A DNA stretch of 64,000 nt from an uncultured Candidatus Saccharibacteria bacterium (GTDB lineage Bacteria; Patescibacteriota; Minisyncoccia; Phycocordibacterales; PALSA-1337), in the NCBI GenBank assembly GCA_964596595.1, contig CAZQUI010000003.1:979-64978 (forward strand). Direction: 5' to 3'. The notes beneath the pieces were generated by a model that had not been told where the DNA came from, ran no database searches, and saw only the letters and a program-made list of their open reading frames with translations. This document shows, piece by piece, positions 10,704 to 18,970 of the stretch (within the stretch, counting starts at the first letter, position 1; every line of letters begins with the position of its first letter). The position numbers were made by a program, and so were the translations under genes.

Positions 10704-10802
10704 ACTAGATTATTATAGCAAATAATAAAAACCTGAGATATGGAGAATACTTATTCAAAAAAACAAAAAATGAAACAGTTGAGTGTTTCATTTTTTGTAC
10801 TT

Positions 10803-11849
10803 TTACTTATTTTCTACTGGGTAATATTTACCATCCTTATCTCGTCTAAAGTGTTTTGGATTTTGAAGATTTACAATAATAGTATTTTCTTTTACGTAGC
10901 GTTCTTTCATAACCTTATCGATAATTTCTTCTTTTGTCATTGGACCATTTTTATCAATAACTGAACGAATTACGTCTCTAACTACCCCTGGGGCATATCC
11001 CCATTCAGCCAAGGCATACAATCCTCGACCGACTAAAACAAATCGAGGATCTTTAATGAGTTCGTTATGGGTTGTGGCAATGTGAGCCTTTTTGTTAAAA
11101 ATTTCAGTAATTTGCTTTGCCACATCACGAAAGTGAATTGGTGAACCATGTTTACGAACTACCAAGAATGCATAATCACGCATTCCTTTTGTTTTAATGT
11201 TTGAAGATTGAGAAATACCCCAGTCACCAAGAGCATTTTTACCAACAATTTTTGAAAGATGCAGCCAACGACGAACAACCTCCTGATTTTTATGTCGTTC
11301 AGAAACTTCTTCAAGATGACGAAGGAAACGGCTAACCATTTCTGATTCAGGTAAAAGTTCCTGATTACTAAGATTGCTATATAGTTTAGTCAAAGCGTCT
11401 TCGACTTTATGGGAGAGTTCTTCATTTACATGCCATCGATGACGGAAATTATCATCTTCTTTTTTCTTACGAAATGGTTCACCAACAACCAAAAGAAAGT
11501 AAATGTGATTTTGTAAACTTTTATCTTTTGATATTGATCCGAGAAAATCATCTTCAACAACAATACCTCCCAAAGAATGAAGTAAGGTTTCAATTTCGGC
11601 AAAAGCACTTTTTTCCTGTTTATACTCTTCTGATTTACGAATATTCATTATTCCATAGTTCTCGATTTGTCGAACTCGTTCACGAGTAATACCGTATTTT
11701 TTACCAATAGCATCGAGAGTCATACGCTTAGAATCCTTTCCTAAACCATAACGAAAAACCAAGATATCATATGCCCTTTCTGGTAAAGAAGAGAGCAGAC
11801 GTTTTACAACTTGCTTAGGCTTAAATGAAATTGATATTGAAGTGGCCAT
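10803..11849 (-). CDS. Sigma-70 region 4 domain protein with C-terminal winged-HTH domains
   Basis: LPERAYDILVFRYGL...TLDAIGKKYGITRERVRQIE; C-term PIHFRDVA...THNELIKDPRFVLVGRGLYALAEWGY. Confidence 0.85.
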   Translation of the reverse strand: MATSISISFKPKQVVKRLLSSLPERAYDILVFRYGLGKDSKRMTLDAIGKKYGITRERVRQIENYGIMNIRKSEEYKQEKSAFAEIETLLHSLGGIVVEDDFLGSISKDKSLQNHIYFLLVVGEPFRKKKEDDNFRHRWHVNEELSHKVEDALTKLYSNLSNQELLPESEMVSRFLRHLEEVSERHKNQEVVRRWLHLSKIVGKNALGDWGISQSSNIKTKGMRDYAFLVVRKHGSPIHFRDVAKQITEIFNKKAHIATTHNELIKDPRFVLVGRGLYALAEWGYAPGVVRDVIRSVIDKNGPMTKEEIIDKVMKERYVKENTIIVNLQNPKHFRRDKDGKYYPVENK

Positions 11850-11908
11850 ATAATTGAATGCTTATAAGTATTACTTTTTTATCATTATTTTGTAAATAAG
11901 TCAATTTT

Positions 11909-14905
11909 TTAGGATTTATCGACAACCACGAAATTAACCAATCTATCTGGAACCACGATCACTTTCTTAATAACCTTGTCATTGAGCCATTTTTCAATAT
12001 CTTTAAGATTTTTTGCTTTTTCTTCTAATTCTTGACGAGATAATCCTTTTAAGACCTCAAATGTAGCTCTGGTTTTACCATTTACCTGAATAACAATTTC
12101 AATCTTATTCTCAATAATTTGATTGGGGTCATATTTAGGCCACAGAGAAATATGAATTGATTTTTTATTTCCCAAATTTATCCAAATTTCTTCTGCAACA
12201 TGGGGTGCAAATGGAGCAATAAGTTTTAATATCGTTTCAAATTGTTCTCGAGTAATACTACCGATTTTTTCTATTTCATTAACAGTAATCATAAGAGAAC
12301 TAATTGCGGTATTAAATCTCAAATTTTCAATGTCCTCAGTAACTTTTTTTATAGACTTATTAATAATTGTATTAACACTGACTTTCAAATCTTCACTTTC
12401 AAAATTCTTTTTCAAAATCGTAGTTAACCTCCAAATTTTTTCTATAAATCGTCTAGATCCAACTATTCCTGATGTGCTCCATGCAATTTGTTGATCAAAC
12501 GGACCCATGAACATCTCATAAATTCTCAAAGTATCTGCACCATATAATTTTACAATCTCATCTGGGTTCACAACATTTCCATATCTTTTTGACATTTTAC
12601 GTCCATCTTCTCCCATAATCAGTCCAACATGCTGTAGTTTCGTAAATGGCTCAATATCAGTAACGACACCGAGGTCGTATAAAAACTTATGCCAAAATCT
12701 AGCATAAATAAGATGACGAGTGGCATGTTCAGCCCCACCAACATACAGATTAACTGAAGACCAATATTTTTCTTTTTTCTGATCCACCAAAACTTTTGAA
12801 TTTTTTGGATCCATATAACGAAGATAGTACCACGATGAACCTGCCCATTGAGGCATGGTATTAGTTTCACGTTTAGCAGGACTTTTACACCTTGGACACT
12901 TAACATTTACCCATTTTGAAATTGCAGCAAGTGGAGACTCGCCTGTTCCCGTTGGCTCATATGATTTTACTTTTGGAAGTTTTACAGGCAAATCCTTATC
13001 AGGAACAGCCACAACCCCACAATCGCGACAATGAATGACTGGAATTGGTTCTCCCCAATAACGCTGACGAGAAAATACCCAGTCACGTAATTTATAATTT
13101 ACCGTTCGAACTCCAAAACCTTTATGAACAATATGATCAATTATCTCTGTACGTGCTTCTCCCCACTTTCTACCTTTAAATTTTGTCGGCTCAATTAAAA
13201 CACCATTTATATCTCGCGCATAGCAATACTCTAGATTTCTAACTTTTTCTGCTTCAATTTGATTCTCAGGAAAACAAACAGGGTGCAGAGGTATATTATA
13301 TTTTTTAGCAAAAGCAAAATCTCTAACATCGTGAGCACTGGCATTTACTATTCCAGTACCATAATCCGCGACCACATATGAGGCTATCCAAATTGGCAAA
13401 TCTCTCCCAGTATCAGCAAACTGTTCGATATATCTTCCTGTAAAAATTCCTTCCATATCTTTTTCAATATCAAAACGATTTGCAGCTTTTCGAGCTTTTA
13501 ATTCCTCAACAAAAGCCATAACTTCTTTTTCTTTTGGTGTACCTTTGACCAATTTCTCAACCAAAGGGTGCTCAGCAGCAATAACAGTAAAAGTTTCAGC
13601 GTGGTATGACTGGGGCACAGAATTATACATTTCAACAGGAATATTCAGATCTTTTACGTTACATTTAAAATTAACTCCTTCACTTTTACCAATCCAATTT
13701 TTTTGAAGCTCTTTTATGGAAAAAGGCCAATCAAGTATAGGCTTTAATGGTTCTTCTTTTGTTCCATCTTTAATTCTTTCTAACCAAATAGATAATTCAG
13801 AATTAACCATTTTTCCCGGAATGTAATCTTTTTCGTCGACCCAAAGAACTTCATCGTCTTTGTTTTCGTCAGCAGATATCGGAACCCGCGCATTACTTTT
13901 GAGTTCAAAATATACCGCCTGAGCAATTGCTATCCTATTTTCTCCTTTGTGTTTTGTATAATAATGAGCCTCAGTAGGACCACCTAAAATACGCTTAAAC
14001 TCTAAATCTGTATAACCCGTTTCTTCTCGTAATTCACGACGAGCAGCCTCAATAGGACTTTCACCATTTTCTATACCTCCAATAACCGTTGTGTCCCAAC
14101 CAAATTTTTTATTACGAATAATTAAATATTTTTTGGTACTTGGATCAAAAACAATAGCGTGAACAACCATTCTTTTTACGATCGGTTTACCTGCCTGATG
14201 AGGATTTTTCCAATCGACGATCCGAGGCATGACATATTTTTTTGTAGCATCAAGATCCTTTAGGAGTCTTTCGGCGTAATCGGTAATTCTCAATACCCAT
14301 TGTCGCATTGGCTTTTTCTCCACTGGGGTACCACAACGTTCACAACGACCATTTTCAATATCTTCATTTGCCAAACCAGTTTTATCTACAGGACACCAGT
14401 TAATTGGTTCGTAAGATTCGTAAGCCAAACCTTTTTTAAAAAGTTGGAGAAAAATCCATTGAGTCCATTTGTAATATTTTGGATCTGTAGTATTTACTTC
14501 CCTAGACCAATCGTAATCAAAACCAAGAATTTCTAATTGTTTTTTGTAACGTTCAACATTTTTTTTGACGGCTTTTTCTGGATGAGTTTTTGTTTTTAAA
14601 GCATAATTTTCTGCAGGTAAACCAAATGCGTCGAAACCCATTGGATGCAAAACGCTTTTACCTTGCATACGTTTCATTCTGGAAATAATATCTGTTGCAA
14701 TATAACCTTTTGGATGACCAACATGTAAACCATCCCCCGAAGGATATGGGAACATATCTAAAACATAAAATTTTTCTTTTTTAGAATCTTCTTCAGTCTT
14801 GTAAATTTTTGATGTAGCCCATTTCTTTTGCCACTTTTTTTCGATCTTATTATGGTCATAAGTCTGGAACTTGGTAATTTTTGGTAAAGACTTTTTCATG
14901 TACAT
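11909..14905 (-). CDS. leuS: Leucine--tRNA ligase with inserted Nudix hydrolase domain
   Basis: MFPYPSGDGLHVGH, DWVFSRQRYWGEPIP, KMSKR; Nudix box GGIENGESPIEAARRELREETGY. Confidence 0.97.
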   Translation of the reverse strand: MYMKKSLPKITKFQTYDHNKIEKKWQKKWATSKIYKTEEDSKKEKFYVLDMFPYPSGDGLHVGHPKGYIATDIISRMKRMQGKSVLHPMGFDAFGLPAENYALKTKTHPEKAVKKNVERYKKQLEILGFDYDWSREVNTTDPKYYKWTQWIFLQLFKKGLAYESYEPINWCPVDKTGLANEDIENGRCERCGTPVEKKPMRQWVLRITDYAERLLKDLDATKKYVMPRIVDWKNPHQAGKPIVKRMVVHAIVFDPSTKKYLIIRNKKFGWDTTVIGGIENGESPIEAARRELREETGYTDLEFKRILGGPTEAHYYTKHKGENRIAIAQAVYFELKSNARVPISADENKDDEVLWVDEKDYIPGKMVNSELSIWLERIKDGTKEEPLKPILDWPFSIKELQKNWIGKSEGVNFKCNVKDLNIPVEMYNSVPQSYHAETFTVIAAEHPLVEKLVKGTPKEKEVMAFVEELKARKAANRFDIEKDMEGIFTGRYIEQFADTGRDLPIWIASYVVADYGTGIVNASAHDVRDFAFAKKYNIPLHPVCFPENQIEAEKVRNLEYCYARDINGVLIEPTKFKGRKWGEARTEIIDHIVHKGFGVRTVNYKLRDWVFSRQRYWGEPIPVIHCRDCGVVAVPDKDLPVKLPKVKSYEPTGTGESPLAAISKWVNVKCPRCKSPAKRETNTMPQWAGSSWYYLRYMDPKNSKVLVDQKKEKYWSSVNLYVGGAEHATRHLIYARFWHKFLYDLGVVTDIEPFTKLQHVGLIMGEDGRKMSKRYGNVVNPDEIVKLYGADTLRIYEMFMGPFDQQIAWSTSGIVGSRRFIEKIWRLTTILKKNFESEDLKVSVNTIINKSIKKVTEDIENLRFNTAISSLMITVNEIEKIGSITREQFETILKLIAPFAPHVAEEIWINLGNKKSIHISLWPKYDPNQIIENKIEIVIQVNGKTRATFEVLKGLSRQELEEKAKNLKDIEKWLNDKVIKKVIVVPDRLVNFVVVDKS

Positions 14906-14935
14906 GACATCATATATCAAAACTCGGCAAGACAC

Positions 14936-14977
14936 AAAAAAAGACCCTCTCTCGGTCGCACTTCCGAGAGGGGTCTG
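14936..14977 (-). terminator. Intrinsic terminator downstream of small ORF
   Basis: Minus strand agacccctctcgg...ccgagagagggtct followed by T tract. Confidence 0.7.
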
Positions 14978-15005
14978 TACCAACTTGTTGTGTTTAGGAT
15001 TTAAA

Positions 15006-15182
15006 CTAAAACAAGCCTACCGTATTAAAATTCTTACTTACTACCCAAACAACAAGAACCAAAAATCCTACAAATGCCATGAAACCCAAACTCTTTTTCT
15101 CCAAAAAAGAGGGTACACGGCTAAAAGTTTGATCGAATTCATGATTCCGTACCCAACTTGAACGCCTGATCCTTCTTCTCAT
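15006..15182 (-). CDS. Small 58-aa membrane protein
   Basis: MRRRIRRSSWVRNHEFDQTFSRVPSFLEKKSLGFMAFVGFLVLVVWVVSKNFNTVGLF*; SD-like aagaagga upstream; terminator downstream. Confidence 0.5.
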   Translation of the reverse strand: MRRRIRRSSWVRNHEFDQTFSRVPSFLEKKSLGFMAFVGFLVLVVWVVSKNFNTVGLF

Positions 15183-15248
15183 ATTTTCCTTCTTATGTTC
15201 AGTTTACTAATTAATATTGTAACATAGTTTAAGAATAAATCAATAGCA

Positions 15249-15271
15249 AAAAAGCACCCTTTCGAGTGCTT
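15249..15271 (-). terminator. Intrinsic terminator
   Basis: Minus strand agcactc-gaaa-gggtgct followed by T tract. Confidence 0.75.
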
Positions 15272-15296
15272 ATGATTTTAGAAAAATAGAGTTCTG

Positions 15297-16160
15297 TTAC
15301 CACGGTCTTTCAAAACCAATGATTAAGCGACCCTTATCTTCTTTCGGTCTTTCTTTAACGGTTAGACCTACAAAAAACCTCCCTCCATCAATCTTGTGGT
15401 AAACCTTGACACTCCACCTTCTGTCCCAATCTGGAGGATCAATGCTTTGAATAATTCCACCCGAAAGAAATGTTTTGTCACTTACGGGTACCGAGAGTAA
15501 AGCTTCAATATCACTGGCCATAATATCCCCAGAAATAAGATCTCCATAATGATAACGAATATCTCCAAAGATTATCGTTTCTTTATGCTTAGTAACTGTA
15601 AATGCAGCATAAGCATAATCCAACCTTATCCCGTATCGAGGTTCAATGTGACCAGTAATTCTTTTCCAATAAGAAACCTCTTCTGTTGTGTATAAAGTTT
15701 TTTTAGCATCAATTTCCTCTTCTCTGGTGTTACCGATAGAATTTCGAAATAATCTAGCCAAAAAAGAATCTTGATTCGAAGCTCGATAGATAAACGGCAC
15801 GTCTTTTAAAACTTCTCTACTGGCGTTTAAAGTCGTTTTTTTGACTAAATTTTTACCAATTGAAGCTTTTCTTTCATCAAACTCTTCAATACTTTTTGAA
15901 GATAAAACCTCAAACATGGTATTGAATGGATGCAAACTTCTAACCGAGAGACTTTCAGAACGTTCTTTAAAATAAAAACGAAAACGTTCTGAAATATTTT
16001 CTGGGAGTTTTGATTGCTCCAAATGAATCCGACGAACATCAACAACAAGTGTTGATTGGTTGGTTTTTTGTAAACGAGACTGGTTTACAGTGTTTGTAAC
16101 ACTCTCTTGAGCCAGCAAACGAAATACTAAGCACAAGAGTATAAAGAATATTTTTTTCAA
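15297..16160 (-). CDS. Secreted hypothetical protein with beta-strand-rich C-terminal half
   Basis: TTG start with gaggt SD, signal peptide ending LLA|QES, C-terminal ...LIIGFERPW. Confidence 0.7.
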   Translation of the reverse strand: MKKIFFILLCLVFRLLAQESVTNTVNQSRLQKTNQSTLVVDVRRIHLEQSKLPENISERFRFYFKERSESLSVRSLHPFNTMFEVLSSKSIEEFDERKASIGKNLVKKTTLNASREVLKDVPFIYRASNQDSFLARLFRNSIGNTREEEIDAKKTLYTTEEVSYWKRITGHIEPRYGIRLDYAYAAFTVTKHKETIIFGDIRYHYGDLISGDIMASDIEALLSVPVSDKTFLSGGIIQSIDPPDWDRRWSVKVYHKIDGGRFFVGLTVKERPKEDKGRLIIGFERPW

Positions 16161-16331
16161 AATACCTCCTATTTTGGGCCTTTATTTAAGGCTTATTAAA
16201 GATCTGCTGGAGGTATGTTACACCCCCTTAAAAACTTAGCAATAGATGATGTTTTGATTACTTTATTTTTTATAACTCTATAAAATATCCGGCTCATAAA
16301 AATCAAAACCCCACTTTCGCTTACGCTAATC

Positions 16332-16565
16332 ATGAGGGTTCGGATCAGTGAAAAATCAAGAATATTTAATTTGAATGTTGAAGACGTCTGGGTTCTGCCA
16401 GATGAGGTTTCCAATCGCTTCATCTGCAGTTTTTCCAGAACCCCATATGTCAGGCCGATCTTCCAAACAGACGTGATAGTCGTTGCTTCTCCGAGTAACA
16501 ATGATTTTCATAAGGCATTTCCGTTAAAGGTTTACCTTAATGAGGATTGGGTGTCAAGGTTTTAA
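16332..16565 (+). CDS. Hypothetical protein
   Basis: 77-aa ORF ending shortly before the hairpin at ~16605-16652. Confidence 0.3.
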   Translation: MRVRISEKSRIFNLNVEDVWVLPDEVSNRFICSFSRTPYVRPIFQTDVIVVASPSNNDFHKAFPLKVYLNEDWVSRF

Positions 16566-16604
16566 ATCTTAAACTCGATCGCACCACCGTCTTCTTCCAA
16601 CAGA

Positions 16605-16652
16605 AAACCCACCTCTCGTACATGGATTTTCCATGTTGAGATGGTGGGTTTA
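16605..16652. terminator. Bidirectional hairpin terminator
   Basis: aaaacccacc..tc..acatgga / tccatgt..gaga.ggtgggttt inverted repeat. Confidence 0.6.
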
Positions 16653-16856
16653 GAAGTTTCTGATGATTTCAATTTCGAGCCGACTATCTTTGATAAGACA
16701 CCCAATTGCAACTAAGTCATGAACTCAACCCGCTACAACTTTTTCCATTTCCCCGTATCGTTCACGATTGATTTCAGGGAGACCTTGAACGTGAGCATCG
16801 TATGCTTCACTGTACTTAGGATCTCGACACCTTTCGACAAGAATCGTATATTTCAT
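16650..16856 (-). pseudogene. HicB-like small protein interrupted by in-frame TGA
   Basis: MKYTILVERCRDPKYSEAYDAHVQGLPEINRERYGEMEKVVAG*VHDLVAIGCLIKDSRLEIEIIRNF*; SD gaaagga upstream. Confidence 0.4.
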
Positions 16857-16913
16857 CACTCAAATCCTTTCTAAACAGATAGTAACATGAAATATACATA
16901 CTGTCTATAGTAT

Positions 16914-18011
16914 TTAAATCTTAAACTCCACCACATCTCCATCCTTCACAATATATTCTTTCCCTTCTGTACGTATCAATCCTTTTTCACGAGCAGCCGC
17001 AAAAGAACCGGCTGACAAAAGTTTGTCCCATTCAATAATCTCGGCACGAACGAATTTGTCTTTAAAATCAGTATGAATAGCAGTGCCAGCCATAGGTGCA
17101 GTCCAACCACGACCAATAGTCCAAGCACGGGTTTCATCTTGGCCAGTGGTAAAGTAAGTCACTAGATCCAATAATTCATAACCTTTTTTGATAAGGTTAT
17201 CTATACCATCATCTTTAGCCCCTAAACTTTCTCGAAACTCTTTCTTTTCAGCAGCCTCGAGATCTTTGAGTTCATGTTCTATACCTGCATCAACAATGAC
17301 CCATTTAGCATTATTTCCTTTAAAGAAATTCACCAGAGCCTGATATCGCTCATCATTTAATTCATCCAAATTTTTACCTCCAGCCTTTTTATTAAGTACA
17401 TACATAAATGGTTTTGAGGTTAGCAAATGAAGTGATTTCAAAAACGGAGCTTCAAATTCATTTGGCGTTATCGAAGAAGCAAGTTTTTCAGCTTCTAGGG
17501 CAGATTTTATACGCTCCAACAGTCCATGTTCTACCAGAGCCTCTTTCTTCCCTGCCCTCACTTCTTTGCCAAGATTATTTAATCTTTTTGTGACAGTTTG
17601 AAGATCAGCGAGTATAAGTTCTAGATTTATAACACCGATATCTTGAAGCGGATTGATCTTGCCATCGACGTGAATAATATTGTCATCTTCAAATATCCGA
17701 ACCACCTGAGCAATAGCATCAGTCTCACGAATATTAGAGAGAAATTGATTTCCTAAACCTTCACCATCGGAAGCCCCTTTTACTAAACCTGCTATATCTA
17801 CAAACTCTATAGCTGCAGGAACAGTTTTGGCTGATTGAGAAAATTCTGAGAGTTTCCATAGACGATTATCCGGCACAGCTACCACACCAACCGATGGGTC
17901 AATAGTTGCAAAAGGATAATTAGCTACCAAAACACTCTTTCGGGTAAGAGCATTAAAAAGTGTTGATTTACCGACGTTGGGAAGGCCGACTATACCTATA
18001 GATAAAGACAT
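16914..18011 (-). CDS. ychF: Redox-regulated ATPase YchF
   Basis: GIVGLPNVGKSTLFN, NYPFATIDP, DIAGLVKGASDGEGLGNQFL, EGKEYIVKDGD. Confidence 0.98.
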   Translation of the reverse strand: MSLSIGIVGLPNVGKSTLFNALTRKSVLVANYPFATIDPSVGVVAVPDNRLWKLSEFSQSAKTVPAAIEFVDIAGLVKGASDGEGLGNQFLSNIRETDAIAQVVRIFEDDNIIHVDGKINPLQDIGVINLELILADLQTVTKRLNNLGKEVRAGKKEALVEHGLLERIKSALEAEKLASSITPNEFEAPFLKSLHLLTSKPFMYVLNKKAGGKNLDELNDERYQALVNFFKGNNAKWVIVDAGIEHELKDLEAAEKKEFRESLGAKDDGIDNLIKKGYELLDLVTYFTTGQDETRAWTIGRGWTAPMAGTAIHTDFKDKFVRAEIIEWDKLLSAGSFAAAREKGLIRTEGKEYIVKDGDVVEFKI

Positions 18012-18066
18012 GAAAGATAGCTTAACACGATGGATGTTTAGGAGCTACTTTTTGAAAAAATCCTAA

Positions 18067-18294
18067 TTACGAACTACTCTTCATTATTTCTGCAAGTTCA
18101 CTCTGATGAGCTTTCATAACAACCATAGCTGCATCTTGTTGACCCATACCAGCATCTACTTTTACTTTTATTTCATCTGCAATTTTTTTAAATAAAACAG
18201 GATTCTTTTCGATCATATTGATAAACATTTCAATCTGATCATCCGGCACGCCTTTAAGTTGTTTCTTTACGAGAGCCTTAAGGAAAAAATTCAT
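18067..18294 (-). CDS. Small hypothetical protein
   Basis: 75-aa helical ORF with host-like codon usage. Confidence 0.75.
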   Translation of the reverse strand: MNFFLKALVKKQLKGVPDDQIEMFINMIEKNPVLFKKIADEIKVKVDAGMGQQDAAMVVMKAHQSELAEIMKSSS

Positions 18295-18342
18295 ATTTTT
18301 ATATTATTTATTTAGAAAAGAATATCATGATTCTGGAAATAT

Positions 18343-18381
18343 AAAAACCGCCTGAATATCTCAATTCAAGCGGTTGTTTTT
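18343..18381. terminator. Intrinsic terminator
   Basis: aaaaaccgc.tgaat / attca.gcggtt inverted repeat with A/T tracts. Confidence 0.6.
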
Positions 18382-18402
18382 GTCACCATCAAACTACTAA
18401 AT

Positions 18403-18711
18403 TCACCTGTACAAGGAGTGAGCAAATATTTGAGGTCTTCTTTTCTCCTGAATTTTCTTTTTGAGTAAGTGAGGATGATTCAGATAGAATTGCCGATTAT
18501 GATTTTTTCGCTGCTGGATTTGTCTAATATAACTTTCCGCAGGAAGCCATAAACCCTCTCCTTCTACTTGAGGACAAAAATAAATCATAGCTTCACGACT
18601 ACTTGATTCTGTTTCTTTCCAGCCAGTTGCACCATGTTTGTGGGCAGCCAGAGTTTGACCTTCTTTTGAAGAATAAATTCCTTCAGTAGTTTGCAGGCGC
18701 ATAGCACTCAT
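18403..18711 (-). CDS. Hypothetical protein
   Basis: 102-aa ORF between an attenuator-like leader and a terminator. Confidence 0.5.
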   Translation of the reverse strand: MSAMRLQTTEGIYSSKEGQTLAAHKHGATGWKETESSSREAMIYFCPQVEGEGLWLPAESYIRQIQQRKNHNRQFYLNHPHLLKKKIQEKRRPQIFAHSLYR

Positions 18712-18741
18712 GTTTGATATATTGGTTTTTCAATGAACTAA

Positions 18742-18913
18742 CTTTGTTTTGACCACTCAGTCAAAACAAAAGCGAGCCTCTTTTCTTCGAGGCTCGCTTT
18801 TGAAATCTTCTTTTCCTGATTTAGGATTTTTGAATATTACAAAAGCCAACCTCGGAGAAATTACTCCAGGCACAGAGATGAGTGACCTTAATAAAATATA
18901 AAATTCCATTCAT
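18742..18913 (-). promoter_or_regulatory. Putative leader-peptide attenuator (30-aa uORF plus mutually exclusive hairpins)
   Basis: uORF 18821-18913; 14-bp terminator stem 18767-18802; segment 18840-18854 matches a terminator arm 13/15; overlapping hairpin 18742-18771. Confidence 0.55.
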
Positions 18914-18970
18914 GTAAATAAGATTAACATACTTAAACAAAACTATGCAACCTACAAAATTTTATAACTT

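Noticed and set aside
14905-15200. T-box riboswitch upstream of leuS
   Set aside because: A terminator is present, but I found no T-box consensus (AAGGTGGxACC) or stem I motifs; the hairpin is better explained as the terminator of the 58-aa ORF.
16725-16727. Genetic code 25 (TGA=Gly) or selenocysteine
   Set aside because: Long genes are intact under code 11 and TGA ends real genes (e.g. 50163, 58834); one in-frame TGA is better read as a nonsense mutation.
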